DNA of 64,000 nucleotides from an uncultured Chloroflexia bacterium (GTDB taxonomy: Bacteria; Chloroflexota; Chloroflexia; QHBQ01; JADMIH01), in NCBI GenBank assembly GCA_963797095.1, contig CAWCNY010000006.1, positions 320,001 through 384,000 of the forward strand. Direction: 5' to 3'. The notes under the pieces were generated by a model. It saw only the letters and a list, made by a program, of their open reading frames with translations. It was not told where the DNA came from and made no database searches. The position numbers were made by a program, and so were the translations under genes. This document shows, piece after piece, positions 19,736 to 29,456 of the stretch. The first letter of the stretch is position 1; each line of letters begins with the position of its first letter.

Positions 19736-21250
19736 ATGAGCAGCCAACCCGTCCTGTCCCTCAAGGGATTGGGCTACCTCAACTACCTGCATAACACCCT
19801 CAGCCAGCCGCTCGGCTCCTGGGAAGGCTTTTATCGCCCGCAGAGCCAGTCGATGAACTTCGCCCTGCGCTACCAGTTGGCTTTTTCCACCTATGCTCTC
19901 GCGGCCCTTCAGCAGGCCACCCCCGCCTACCGCGCCCCCTACGTGGAGGCTATGCGTGCTGCTATCGAGAAGCTTATCCACCCCGACGTTTGGAGCTACT
20001 GGCGCGCTCCACAGGAGCATTCGGAGGCGGGTCAAGAGCGGAATGGGATGGCCTCTTCCGGCCACATAGCGGTGCTTGTTAGCCCTCATCAGAGGACCAT
20101 TCCCGGGGCGCCCTCCGATCCCATCGCTCGCGATAACCTCCAGTATTCCGGCCACCTGAGCACCATGCTCGGCCTCTATGAGAAAGTATCGGGCGATGGT
20201 CGCTACGACAGCCCATTCACCCTCCATGATCCTTTCTGCGGAGTTGAATTTACCTACACTCATGGCAAAGTGGCCGACCGCATCCATTCCCAGATGGTGC
20301 TCAATCGCTTCGGCGGGGTTTGCTGCGAGCAGGGGATGGCGTATGTGCCTTGCAATAATCACGCGATGGCCTCCAACACCTTGCACGATGCCTTGCACGG
20401 GACACGGTTCCGCGACGCCAACGCAGGATGGCTCAAGACGGTTCGTGACAAACTTGTCCTGAAAGGCCCCGCCCTCCGTGGTGTATTCGGCACGGCCTAC
20501 ATGAAAGACCTGGGCCTCGCCACTCCCATCGCTTTCAACTTCACCGACGCCTGGGGCCTGGCCTTCATGCTCCCTTTCAGCCGCCCATTGGTGCGCAAGC
20601 TGTACGGCAAGTTCAAGAAGCGTGGCGTGTCGCGGGCAGGCTCAGATGGCGCGTTCGTCGGCTCGGCCAACGTGAGCGAGCGCATGGAGATCAGCGATAT
20701 CCCGATAAACACAGGCTTTGGCTTGATACTCTCTCGCGGCATGGGAGACACCGATCTTTTCGACGACCTCTCGCGCTACAGCGAGCAGGCCTTCGGAGCA
20801 GGCTGGCACGGCGACCGCTATTTCTACGCCGGTGCTCCCCGCACCCTCCACGCTACCGCCCTCTACGCCATCTCGGAGGCTATCGAGCCTGGCGGTGAAG
20901 GCTTCGCACGGCTCTTCAACGAATCGCCCGACCGCGCTGCGGGCAGCAACCCTTACCTCGACTCCGTCACGAGCGATACAAACCGCGTGGGCGTATCGCA
21001 GGCATATTTCGACGAGCAGGAACACACGTTGCATATTGCTCTTCGACAGGTGGGCGATCCCATCGCTTTGCGCGACGCGGCCCCTCTCAAGGCAACTCTC
21101 ACAATCGGCAATGTGCCGGGCGAAATCCACCTTGTAAGTGTAGGAGCGGCTGCGTCCGAATACACGCGCTTGCCTGGCGGTCATGTGACCATAGATGCCA
21201 CTGTGTTACCTGATAAAGAATTGCTGCTCGCGATACGTCTGGCTGCATAA
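19736..21250 (+). CDS. Linalool dehydratase/isomerase (LinD)-like protein
   Basis: RYQLAF, DNLQYSGHL and CEQGMAYVPCN, matching LinD CE-x7-C cysteine spacing. Confidence 0.8.
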   Translation: MSSQPVLSLKGLGYLNYLHNTLSQPLGSWEGFYRPQSQSMNFALRYQLAFSTYALAALQQATPAYRAPYVEAMRAAIEKLIHPDVWSYWRAPQEHSEAGQERNGMASSGHIAVLVSPHQRTIPGAPSDPIARDNLQYSGHLSTMLGLYEKVSGDGRYDSPFTLHDPFCGVEFTYTHGKVADRIHSQMVLNRFGGVCCEQGMAYVPCNNHAMASNTLHDALHGTRFRDANAGWLKTVRDKLVLKGPALRGVFGTAYMKDLGLATPIAFNFTDAWGLAFMLPFSRPLVRKLYGKFKKRGVSRAGSDGAFVGSANVSERMEISDIPINTGFGLILSRGMGDTDLFDDLSRYSEQAFGAGWHGDRYFYAGAPRTLHATALYAISEAIEPGGEGFARLFNESPDRAAGSNPYLDSVTSDTNRVGVSQAYFDEQEHTLHIALRQVGDPIALRDAAPLKATLTIGNVPGEIHLVSVGAAASEYTRLPGGHVTIDATVLPDKELLLAIRLAA

Positions 21251-21355
21251 ATGTGATAGAAGAGGCTTTCCGTGCTTTTTCCACGCCCCTTGCGCTATGG
21301 ATGTGGAAAACCACCCACTTTAATGTGGAAAACGTGCGCATTATGGGGATAACTT

Positions 21356-22312
21356 GTGGATAATCACCCGCTCGATGGCTGGACGCTGGTGATCTGCAAC
21401 CCTATATCGGGGTCAGGTCGCGGCATGTCTATCCTTTCCACGGTCAGGCGCGCATTCGATGACGAGGGCGTGGCCTACAGCGCCGAAATCTCGCGCAAGC
21501 GCGGCGACGTGGCCCGGCTAGCCCGCTCAGGCGTGCTCTCAGGCTGCGGCGCTGTAGTGGTAATTGGCGGCGACGGCAGTTTCTTCGAAGCGGTAAACGG
21601 TGTGATCGGTCCCGTTGAGCCCGCTGACGCGGAAGGTGGGGCCGTGGGAGGTGTGGCGTTGGGACTTGTCCAAGCGGGCCGGGGTAGCGACTTCGGCAGG
21701 TCGGCGGGCATACCCTCGGACGTTCAGGCTGCCTGCGCCCGCCTTCTTGCTGGGCGTACCGCGCAGTTCGACCTGGGGCACGTCACGTACCGCTCGTTCG
21801 ACGGAAAAACGCGCCGCAGGTACTTCGCCAACGCCGCCGGGCTGGGATTCGATGCTGAGGTCGCTTTGCGGGCGAACGCAGGCCCCCGCAACCTGGGCGG
21901 TACAATCCCCTATCTGAGCAGCCTGTTGCGAACTTTGGTTTCCTACACCAACAAGCGCGTTCAGGTGACTCTTGACGATGCGGATCCCTGGCCTGCTCGC
22001 GTAAATAGCCTGGTAGTAGCCAACGGCCAGTACTTCGGCGGCGGCATGAAGATCGCCCCCACCGCCAGCCTTTCGGATGGCATATTCGATATCACAGTGC
22101 TTGGCGACCTCGATAAGGTGGACCTGGTGCGCAACGTACCTCGCGTATACGATGGCAGCCATCTGACCCACCCCAAAGTTAGCACCGCCCGCGCCACCAC
22201 GGTCCATGTCGAGCCATCTGACCGCACGCTACTCCAGGCCGACGGCGAGGTGCTGGGCATGGCCCCGGCCACCTTCACAATAGTGCCTGCTGCCCTCCGG
22301 ATGATTGTTTGA
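21356..22312 (+). CDS. Diacylglycerol kinase family lipid kinase (YegS/DgkB-like)
   Basis: NPISG, GGDGS, NGQYFGGG and QADGE motifs. Confidence 0.9.
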   Translation: MDNHPLDGWTLVICNPISGSGRGMSILSTVRRAFDDEGVAYSAEISRKRGDVARLARSGVLSGCGAVVVIGGDGSFFEAVNGVIGPVEPADAEGGAVGGVALGLVQAGRGSDFGRSAGIPSDVQAACARLLAGRTAQFDLGHVTYRSFDGKTRRRYFANAAGLGFDAEVALRANAGPRNLGGTIPYLSSLLRTLVSYTNKRVQVTLDDADPWPARVNSLVVANGQYFGGGMKIAPTASLSDGIFDITVLGDLDKVDLVRNVPRVYDGSHLTHPKVSTARATTVHVEPSDRTLLQADGEVLGMAPATFTIVPAALRMIV

Positions 22313-22333
22313 ATAGCAAAGGGGAGAATTATC

Positions 22334-22795
22334 ATGCATGACGCTGACCGGTACATACATGACGTTGCGGCTCTCCACCGCGCTGCCCACAAGCAATTGC
22401 GCGAGGAGATCGCCGACCTTGATACAGATGCTTTGAACTGGATGCCTGGACCGGACACAAGCTCAATAGGCACTATCCTGGTGCACGCCCTGGGGGCCGA
22501 GGCCGAGATGCTTCGCAATCTACTCAATATCCCCACCCGGCGCGACCGCGATTCCGAATTCATAACCACCGTCCACAGGCGCGAGGCCCTTCAGCAGTTG
22601 ATCGACGGCGCGGAAGCCGATTGGGATGCGCTCGCCTCCAGGCTCACCGCCGTTGAACTTAGAACGCAGATCCCTCGACCCAACAAACCAATACCGGAGT
22701 CCGGCCTCTTCTGGCTTGTGCGCAACCACGGCCATCTCCGCGAGCACCTGGCCCAGGTGCAACTGACCAAACAACTCTACCGGATGAGAGATTGA
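22334..22795 (+). CDS. DinB/DUF664 family protein
   Basis: SIGTILVH and HLREHLAQ metal-binding His pattern. Confidence 0.8.
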   Translation: MHDADRYIHDVAALHRAAHKQLREEIADLDTDALNWMPGPDTSSIGTILVHALGAEAEMLRNLLNIPTRRDRDSEFITTVHRREALQQLIDGAEADWDALASRLTAVELRTQIPRPNKPIPESGLFWLVRNHGHLREHLAQVQLTKQLYRMRD

Positions 22796-22829
22796 TGCGG
22801 GTTTGAAATACGACCTGTTGGGCAAATCG

Positions 22830-22858
22830 GAGGGGCGGGTGACTAAAGCCCGCCCCTC
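22830..22858. terminator. Hairpin between convergent genes
   Basis: GAGGGGCGGG...CCCGCCCCTC. Confidence 0.6.
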
Positions 22859-22877
22859 GCCACACAATCAGACCTGA

Positions 22878-23645
22878 TCAGTATGCCTTTCTCCTGAAGA
22901 GGGGCAGCGCAATCGCCACGGGTATAACAGCCGCCACCAGGCACACGGCAAACTCCTTTGCCGGGAAGCCCACGCCGAGAAAAGCGTCCGCGCTGTACCA
23001 GTAGTTGGGCAGGCTCCAGTTGGCCCAGTCGGGTAGGAGCGTGGAAACCAGGCCGGGAATGCCCACCACTATCGCCACCAGCAAGGCCAGCCCGACCGAT
23101 TTCAATAGATCGTCGAATACTACCGAGAAAAGCGCAGCCACGCCGAGCACCCCCAGTGTGCCAAGCCAGATAAGGACCACTGAAACAAGCAGGCCCATTA
23201 CATCTATGCTATGCCCTGCTATCGCGCCTGCTACGAGCAGGCAGAGTCCGCTCAGGAGGCAAATGCCCAGTTGCAGGGCCGCCGCAACCCCGTATTTGGT
23301 GACGAATACCTGCGCCCGGCTGACCGGCTTGCTCAGCAAGAAGAAGATCGTGCCCTTGCTTACCTCACCCGCGATCAGTCCGCCACCGAGGAAGGCTGCC
23401 AGCCCACCCAACACCATCTGACCGTTCTTGCCAAACCACTGGAAGAAGACGTAGTTGTTGTATGCGCCCATCACCGCCTCTACCTGCGATCTGAGCACGT
23501 CGGGCAAGGTTGTGATTGCCGGGCCAAGCGCATCGCGCAGCAAATCGTAAGAAAAGGCGATCAGCAGGGTAAACGCCAGCGTGAGCACGCCCGCGATTAT
23601 CAGTTTCCCACGCGCCTCTACCAACTCTTTAGTGATCATCGCCAC
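22878..23645 (-). CDS. ABC-2 transporter permease
   Basis: AGEVSKGTIFFLLSKPVSR motif; multi-TM. Confidence 0.9.
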   Translation of the reverse strand: MAMITKELVEARGKLIIAGVLTLAFTLLIAFSYDLLRDALGPAITTLPDVLRSQVEAVMGAYNNYVFFQWFGKNGQMVLGGLAAFLGGGLIAGEVSKGTIFFLLSKPVSRAQVFVTKYGVAAALQLGICLLSGLCLLVAGAIAGHSIDVMGLLVSVVLIWLGTLGVLGVAALFSVVFDDLLKSVGLALLVAIVVGIPGLVSTLLPDWANWSLPNYWYSADAFLGVGFPAKEFAVCLVAAVIPVAIALPLFRRKAY

Positions 23646-24600
23646 CCTCTTTCATGTATTCAAGGAACAAGTCTTCCAGGTTCAGATTGGTTATGTCCAC
23701 GTCACGTGGAGCCGGTGTCATGCTTTGCACCGCCTGGACCACTTTGTCTGTATCTTCGCTTACCACTAGCCGCACGCTCCGGCCTTCCTGTTCTACTCGC
23801 TTCACGCCCGGCAGCGACCTCAGAGCCGCGATCCCATCTCCTGATGGTGTGTCGGCGTACATCAGTCTGACCACCTTGTGCATTTGCTTCAGGTTATCCA
23901 GGTTGTCGCTAACTACCAGTTTCCCTTTATTGATGATGCCAACATGGTCGGCCACTTCCTCTACCTCTGAAAGAATGTGCGACGAGAAGAAGATCGTTTT
24001 CCCTTCGGCGGCTATCTCTGATATAAGCGCCCTGAGGAATTGCCGCCTCGCGATGGGGTCGAGACCGGATGTCGGCTCGTCCAGTATCAGCAGGTCCGGT
24101 TCGCTCCCCAATGCGAGGCTAAGCGCCAGTTGCGACTTCATCCCCTTGGAAAACTGCCCAACTTTAGCTTGCGTGGATAGGCCGAACATGCCGATATAGT
24201 GGTCGACTGTTGCCTGGTTCCACCTGCGGTTGGTATCCTTGCAGAAGTTGCACAACTGCGGGATCGTCAGGTAATCGTAAAGGCTGTTTACCTCGCTCAC
24301 ATACCCTGTACGAGCGCGTATCTCTATGCTATCGGCTACAACATCGTATCCCAACACTCTTGCGCTTCCCTCGTTCGGCGGCCTGAAGCCAAGCAGCGCC
24401 TTGATGGTGGTGGTCTTGCCTGAGCCGTTAGGCCCCAGGAACCCGAACACCGACCCGGTGGCCACCTGGAAGCTCAGCCCGTCCACGGCGGCTATGTCCC
24501 CGTACTTCACCACCAGGCTATTCAGCTCGATCGCTATAGTCGATGGCGAACCGGCCTGTTGCTCTATTTTCTCCCGGTTTGACATTGCTACCGTTGTCAT
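23629..24600 (-). CDS. ABC transporter ATP-binding protein
   Basis: GPNGSGKTT, FSKGM, LILDEP and SSH motifs. Confidence 0.95.
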   Translation of the reverse strand: MTTVAMSNREKIEQQAGSPSTIAIELNSLVVKYGDIAAVDGLSFQVATGSVFGFLGPNGSGKTTTIKALLGFRPPNEGSARVLGYDVVADSIEIRARTGYVSEVNSLYDYLTIPQLCNFCKDTNRRWNQATVDHYIGMFGLSTQAKVGQFSKGMKSQLALSLALGSEPDLLILDEPTSGLDPIARRQFLRALISEIAAEGKTIFFSSHILSEVEEVADHVGIINKGKLVVSDNLDNLKQMHKVVRLMYADTPSGDGIAALRSLPGVKRVEQEGRSVRLVVSEDTDKVVQAVQSMTPAPRDVDITNLNLEDLFLEYMKEGGDDH

Positions 24601-24633
24601 CCCTATACCTCCGCTTGCCTTTACCGCTTACCG

Positions 24634-25020
24634 TTACTCGAAGACCCTGTCTATCTCGGCCTTGAGCCTTGCTTCAAGCTCTGCTGGGTCTATTTCAAGG
24701 CCCGCCGCGTCCTGTACCAGCGTGGCGAGCCGCTTGAAAAGCGCTTCTCGCTGTTGCTCGCGCAACGTTCCGTCCAGGTTCGCCGTTACTACCGTTCCAG
24801 CACCCTGCCTGCTCTCGATCAGGCCGCTGGCCTGTAGATCGTTGTAGGCTCTCACAATAGTGTTGGGCGCTATGGAAAGCTCGCTCGCCATCTGGCGCAC
24901 CGTGGGCAGTTGATCGCCGGGCTGCAAGGTCCCAACTTCCAGGGCGTGCTTCACCTGCTCGACTATCTGCAGGTAGATCGGCACACCGCTATGCTGATTT
25001 ACGCTCAACCAGATAGGCAT
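24634..25020 (-). CDS. GntR family regulator, YtrA subfamily
   Basis: PIYLQIVEQ..LPTVRQ..PNTIVRAY; heads the ABC operon. Confidence 0.92.
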   Translation of the reverse strand: MPIWLSVNQHSGVPIYLQIVEQVKHALEVGTLQPGDQLPTVRQMASELSIAPNTIVRAYNDLQASGLIESRQGAGTVVTANLDGTLREQQREALFKRLATLVQDAAGLEIDPAELEARLKAEIDRVFE

Positions 25021-25042
25021 ACATCCTCAAGAAGATCGAAGA

Positions 25043-25090
25043 ATTGTATCATTGTATTGATACAATAACACTATTTTGTTCGGTTGTCAA
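25043..25090 (-). promoter_or_regulatory. sigma70 promoter with YtrA-type operator
   Basis: TTGACA-17-TATTGT; inverted repeat ATTGTATCA-N6-TGATACAAT (25043-25066) overlaps the -10. Confidence 0.8.
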
Positions 25091-25197
25091 GATATCGTCT
25101 GGCGAGTTTGCATACATCTGGCTCTGCCTGTATAATAGATGGGTTACGGCGTAAATTCAGCCGTGTGGGTAGCGTCTTTGAGAGGAGTAATTTCGAA

Positions 25198-25431
25198 GTG
25201 GATATCAGGACGGCTCTGGCCATAGTTCAGATCATCATGGCTGTCGTGCTCATTACGTGTGTGCTCATGCAATCCAAAGGCTCCAGCTTTGGGGGCATCT
25301 TCGGTGGTGACGCATCGACCGTCTACCGCACGCGGCGCGGCTTCGAAAAGCGCCTCTTTCAGTTCACAATCGGGCTGGCGGTGGCCTTCTTCCTCGTAGC
25401 CGTTATCAGCAGCTACGTCATTACTCCCTGA
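25198..25431 (+). CDS. secG: Preprotein translocase subunit SecG
   Basis: VLMQSKGSSFGGIFGG..RRGFEKRL; GAGGAG RBS before GTG 25198. Confidence 0.93.
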   Translation: MDIRTALAIVQIIMAVVLITCVLMQSKGSSFGGIFGGDASTVYRTRRGFEKRLFQFTIGLAVAFFLVAVISSYVITP

Positions 25432-25558
25432 TCCTATCCTCTTATGAGGCAGCCTGCTCCTTGACCTTGTATTGCAGGCTCCCCTCGCAAGCACATTGTC
25501 AGGCGGGCGCTCTTCTATAAGCGTCCCGGCCTCGTCGCAAGCACCTCCCCTTTACTTT

Positions 25559-27271
25559 ATGCGATCCTCTTTCAAGCCACAGGCCCTCGCAGGCTTGTTT
25601 GGTGTGGCCCTCATCCTTGTCTTGCTGGTGATGGGTGCCCAGGCTGGCACTCCACTCGCCCCTCCGCCCGCTCCTTCAGGCGATACTTACGTTGAAGCTA
25701 TGGTGGGCGTGCCACGCTGGGTCAATCCACTCCTTGCCGTCTCTGATACCGACCGCGACCTTTCGCACCTGATATTCAGCGGCCTCACGCGCGTTGACGC
25801 CCAGGGCAACCTGGTTGGCGACCTGGCCTCAGGATGGCAGGCCGCCCCCGACAGCACGGTCTTCACCTTCACTCTCAAGCCAGACCTTACCTGGCACGAT
25901 GGCGAGCCTCTCACCGTCGGCGATGTTCTTTTCACGCTCAACCTTCTGCAATCACAGGACTTTCCAGGCGACCCGGCACTTGCCTTGCCCTGGCACGGAG
26001 TTGACATGACATCACCGAATGATAGCACCATCGTTTTCAAGCTGACCTCCCCCAATGCCTCTTTCCCCCAGTACACCACGCTCGGTATCCTGCCGAGGCA
26101 CATCTGGCAAAGCGTCAAGCCCGCCGACCTCCCAGGCTCGGAATATAACCTTTCGCCTATAGGTTCCGGCCCCTGGCGCTACGCTCACCTGCAAACCCCC
26201 TCCAGCGACGCAAGCCCCTCCGACCTGGTTAGCTCCACTCTAGCCAGCCGGCTACCTGACTCAGTAGACCCCTCTGAAGGGATACTGCTGGTCCGAGCCA
26301 CTTCTGCGCCCAATCAAGGCAAAAGCATCGGGCGCATCTGGTTCAGGCTCTACCCCACTTTTGGCGCGGCCCTCACCGGCTTCCAGCTTGGCGAGGTTCA
26401 TGGCCTGGGCCACATCCCCAACGATGAGCTTGACGCCGTTGCCGCCGTCCCAGGCGTGACGCTCCACACCCAGAACCTCGCCCGCTACAATATGCTGATC
26501 ATGAACCTCGATTCGCCGCTCTTCGATAAGGTGGAGACGAGGCGGGCATTCGAGCTTGCTATCGATAGGAGCACATTGGCCGGTGACGGGCAGGATCGTC
26601 TGGCGATGCCTCTCTATGGGCCTGTTCTCCCTCACTCGTGGGCCCACAGCGCCACCTGCTCTCCCCCTCGATCTCAGGATATAGCGAAGGCGCGCAAGCT
26701 GCTCGACGACGCGGGTTGGACGCTCGGCCCCGATGGTATACGCGCTCGCGACGGTATGACGATGACCGTGGTGGTAGCCGCCAACTCGGACGTGCCTGCA
26801 AATATCACAATGACCCAGCAGGTAGTGAACGACCTGCGCGTGATTGGGGTGGATGCGCGCATGGTGGCCGTTAGCCGCGATGTTCTGCTGAGCGACTATC
26901 TTGGCCCCCGCGCTTTCCATATTGTGCTTGCCAGTTGGGAGGCCCCAGGCCCCGACCCTGATATTTATGATTACTGGCATTCCTCGCAGGCGAAGACAGG
27001 CGGCCTCAACTTCGCGGGCTGGAAGAACACTACCGCCGATAAAGCGCTGGAGACGGAGAGGTCCGATCCCAAGCGGGACGCGCGCACGCCCGCTTTCTGC
27101 GATTTCCAGACGGCGTTCGCGGCGGATGTGCCTGCTGTGGTGCTGTCAACGCCCCTTTACACTTACGCCACGCGCCTGCCAGCGCAGGGGATCACGCTCC
27201 CGAATACCGACCTGCTTTCGCCTGCGAATCGCTTTGATACGCTGGATAATTGGTCTTTGCAATCGCCCTGA
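25559..27271 (+). CDS. Peptide ABC transporter substrate-binding protein (family 5)
   Basis: IFSGL, WHDGEPLTVGDVLFT and PIGSGPW motifs. Confidence 0.9.
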   Translation: MRSSFKPQALAGLFGVALILVLLVMGAQAGTPLAPPPAPSGDTYVEAMVGVPRWVNPLLAVSDTDRDLSHLIFSGLTRVDAQGNLVGDLASGWQAAPDSTVFTFTLKPDLTWHDGEPLTVGDVLFTLNLLQSQDFPGDPALALPWHGVDMTSPNDSTIVFKLTSPNASFPQYTTLGILPRHIWQSVKPADLPGSEYNLSPIGSGPWRYAHLQTPSSDASPSDLVSSTLASRLPDSVDPSEGILLVRATSAPNQGKSIGRIWFRLYPTFGAALTGFQLGEVHGLGHIPNDELDAVAAVPGVTLHTQNLARYNMLIMNLDSPLFDKVETRRAFELAIDRSTLAGDGQDRLAMPLYGPVLPHSWAHSATCSPPRSQDIAKARKLLDDAGWTLGPDGIRARDGMTMTVVVAANSDVPANITMTQQVVNDLRVIGVDARMVAVSRDVLLSDYLGPRAFHIVLASWEAPGPDPDIYDYWHSSQAKTGGLNFAGWKNTTADKALETERSDPKRDARTPAFCDFQTAFAADVPAVVLSTPLYTYATRLPAQGITLPNTDLLSPANRFDTLDNWSLQSP

Positions 27272-27280
27272 GCTACTTGA

Positions 27281-27330
27281 GTTGAATACACAAAATGGAC
27301 GGCGTTCGCCGTCCATTTTGTGTATTCAAC
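27281..27330. terminator. Bidirectional terminator
   Basis: Perfect hairpin GTTGAATACACAAAATGGACGGCG...CGCCGTCCATTTTGTGTATTCAAC. Confidence 0.85.
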
Positions 27331-27337
27331 CCACCTC

Positions 27338-27718
27338 TCAATATATCGTGCCGCGAATCAGCCATAACAGGCATGTGAGAATGAAGCATGCCACCATCAG
27401 TACGAGCAAAATCCAGACCGACATCCAACCCGTGCCGGTCTTGGCCCAGAGGGCCATCTCGATCTCCATGTTCTTATAGTTGAGCAGGTCCTTGGGTGGG
27501 GGGCCGTTCATGTAGCTGAAATCTATTTCATCGCTGCGGTTGGCCGATATTCTGTTTTGCACCGTCGCGGGTTCGTTCTCGTTCTGTTCGTCACCGTCGG
27601 TTTCGGCGTCGTCCGGGGCGCGCAGCCGCTCGGCGTATTTCGCCAGCGTTTCGGCTTCACGCGATCTCCAGATATCTCCGTTCATAATAGCCTCCCCGTG
27701 CCGTACCATGGTTCGCAA
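27338..27718 (-). CDS. Hypothetical protein with C-terminal TM helix
   Basis: Acidic N-terminus and a hydrophobic C-terminal helix. Confidence 0.6.
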   Translation of the reverse strand: MRTMVRHGEAIMNGDIWRSREAETLAKYAERLRAPDDAETDGDEQNENEPATVQNRISANRSDEIDFSYMNGPPPKDLLNYKNMEIEMALWAKTGTGWMSVWILLVLMVACFILTCLLWLIRGTIY

Positions 27719-27786
27719 GCAATAGCCCTATTATATATACTACGAATATCCCAGGATGGTTGCGAATGTTTGCTCGGAGGTCTTGA

Positions 27787-28035
27787 TTGAATTCGCCCGT
27801 TATAGTCTACAGCGGCAATCTTTGAGGCCCATGCCAGCATGTGAAGGAGTTTCTTTCACGCATTGGCATCCCTTTCGAGGATCGCAACATCAGCCTCGAC
27901 CGCCAGGCCAGGGACGAGTACATTGAAAAGGGCTACGACTTGCTGCCTGCTATCGAAGCAGGCAACACCGTGATCACCGAATATACGAGCGTTCCCCAGT
28001 TGATCGAGGTGCTGGCGAAAGAGGGTTATTTGTAG
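27787..28035 (+). CDS. Glutaredoxin/NrdH-like selenoprotein (UGPC)
   Basis: GGAGG RBS, TTG 27787, MNSPVIVYSGNL-TGA(27823)-GPC-QHVKEFL..GIPFEDRNI; hairpin right after the UGA. Confidence 0.85.
27831..27869 (+). promoter_or_regulatory. Putative bacterial SECIS element
   Basis: ATGCCA/TGGCAT lower stem and GTGAAGG/CTTTCAC upper stem with a G-containing loop, beginning 5 nt after the UGA. Confidence 0.7.
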
Positions 28036-28038
28036 CGA

Positions 28039-28785
28039 TTAGCCGGGACGGCCCCTATACTGCGCCAGCCAATCCTCTACATAGGGTCTCCCGCTCGCCA
28101 CGAACACCTCGCTCATTTTCTCTATGTCGAGGGCCACCCGCCGGAAACCAAGGTCCAACTTGCCATCCTCCACAGATAAGACTGCATATTCGGCCCAGTG
28201 GTCAAGCTGGAAGTTTTCCTCGGGTTGGTGGCGGTTGTAGGCGACGCCTACGCTGCCTGGGTTGAAGAAGAAGAAATCGCCCAGGCGACGGATCTGCTGC
28301 AAGTGGGTGTGCCCTCCGGTCAGCACACGGCCTGTGTAGGGGCCGAGCATGCGCTGGAATTCCTCTTCGGGCGTTTCGGGGTAGATGATCTCATCGAATG
28401 AGGCGGGCGACCCGTGGAAGCAGAGCATCTCAACGCCATCCCCAATCGGTACGTTCACGGTTGGTCGGAACGATTCGATATAGCGGCGGTCTTCCTCCGA
28501 TAGACGTTCAAGCTGCCATTGGCGCACCTTCTCCTGCTTCTCCGACACTCCTTCTATAGTGCCCGTGTTGATCCCGCTGAGGAGCCAGGCATCGGCGTTG
28601 CCCATTACGACGGGGCATCCCAGGGCCCGCAGTCGCGCCACCACTTCGGCGGGCTGCGGCCCACCCTGCACAGCATCGCCCAGGCAGACCACGAAGTCGG
28701 CGGGCCTCTCTTGAAGGTCGGCAAGCACCGCGTCGAGCGCGAAGCAGTTGCCGTGTATGTCGGAGATGATGGCTATGCTTGACAT
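28039..28785 (-). CDS. Metallophosphoesterase (YfcE/calcineurin-like)
   Basis: SDIHGN, LGD, GNAD, GHTH and NPGSVG motifs. Confidence 0.92.
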   Translation of the reverse strand: MSSIAIISDIHGNCFALDAVLADLQERPADFVVCLGDAVQGGPQPAEVVARLRALGCPVVMGNADAWLLSGINTGTIEGVSEKQEKVRQWQLERLSEEDRRYIESFRPTVNVPIGDGVEMLCFHGSPASFDEIIYPETPEEEFQRMLGPYTGRVLTGGHTHLQQIRRLGDFFFFNPGSVGVAYNRHQPEENFQLDHWAEYAVLSVEDGKLDLGFRRVALDIEKMSEVFVASGRPYVEDWLAQYRGRPG

Positions 28786-28787
28786 GG

Positions 28788-29456
28788 CTAGCTCTCCTTG
28801 ATCTCGCCCGCCCAGCGGTCGTCGGCCTCGCCTCTGATGGTGCGCCATAAGTACAACGCTGCGTAGGAGCGATATGGCTTCCACGGCTCGGCCAATGCGC
28901 GCATCGGCGCAGGCTTGGGAAGGTCGTCCAGCCCATAGAGGCGCTTGAGGGCCACCTGCAAGCCGTAGTCGCCCACGGCGAACACATCAGGGCGGGCCAG
29001 CGAGAACATGAGGAACATCTCGGCGGTCCAGCCCCCGATCCCCTTGACCGCCACCAACTCCTTGATGATCTCCTCATCTTCCATGGCGGCGATGCGGCCC
29101 AGGTGTACCTCGCCTGCTGCCACCTTCTGCGCGAGGTCTTTCACATAACTCACTTTGCCCCACGATAGCCCCGCATCGCGCAGAGCCTGGTCGGGCACGG
29201 CCAGTATATCCTCCACCTCGATATGCTCTTTGCCACCCACCAACGCCCGGAGGCGGCGGATGATCGTATCGGCCACCTTGCCCGATAGTTGCTGCGAGCA
29301 GATCGACTCTACGAGCGTGAAGAAGTAGTCGTCTGTCTGCGAAAGGTGGAGAGGTCCGATCTGCTCGACCAACCCCGCCATCGCCGGCTCCGCTTGCCGC
29401 AAGTGCCCGACGGCAGCCTCCATCTGGGCCTGCGTATCCAGTCTCAGGTTACTCAC
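28788..29456 (-). CDS. alkA: DNA-3-methyladenine glycosylase (AlkA, HhH-GPD)
   Basis: SQQLS, VKGIGGWTAEM, DYGL and WKPYRSYAALYLW motifs. Confidence 0.92.
   Translation of the reverse strand: MSNLRLDTQAQMEAAVGHLRQAEPAMAGLVEQIGPLHLSQTDDYFFTLVESICSQQLSGKVADTIIRRLRALVGGKEHIEVEDILAVPDQALRDAGLSWGKVSYVKDLAQKVAAGEVHLGRIAAMEDEEIIKELVAVKGIGGWTAEMFLMFSLARPDVFAVGDYGLQVALKRLYGLDDLPKPAPMRALAEPWKPYRSYAALYLWRTIRGEADDRWAGEIKES

Noticed and set aside
27763-27774. LexA box upstream of the selenoprotein
   Set aside because: Two mismatches to GAAC-N4-GTTC; too weak
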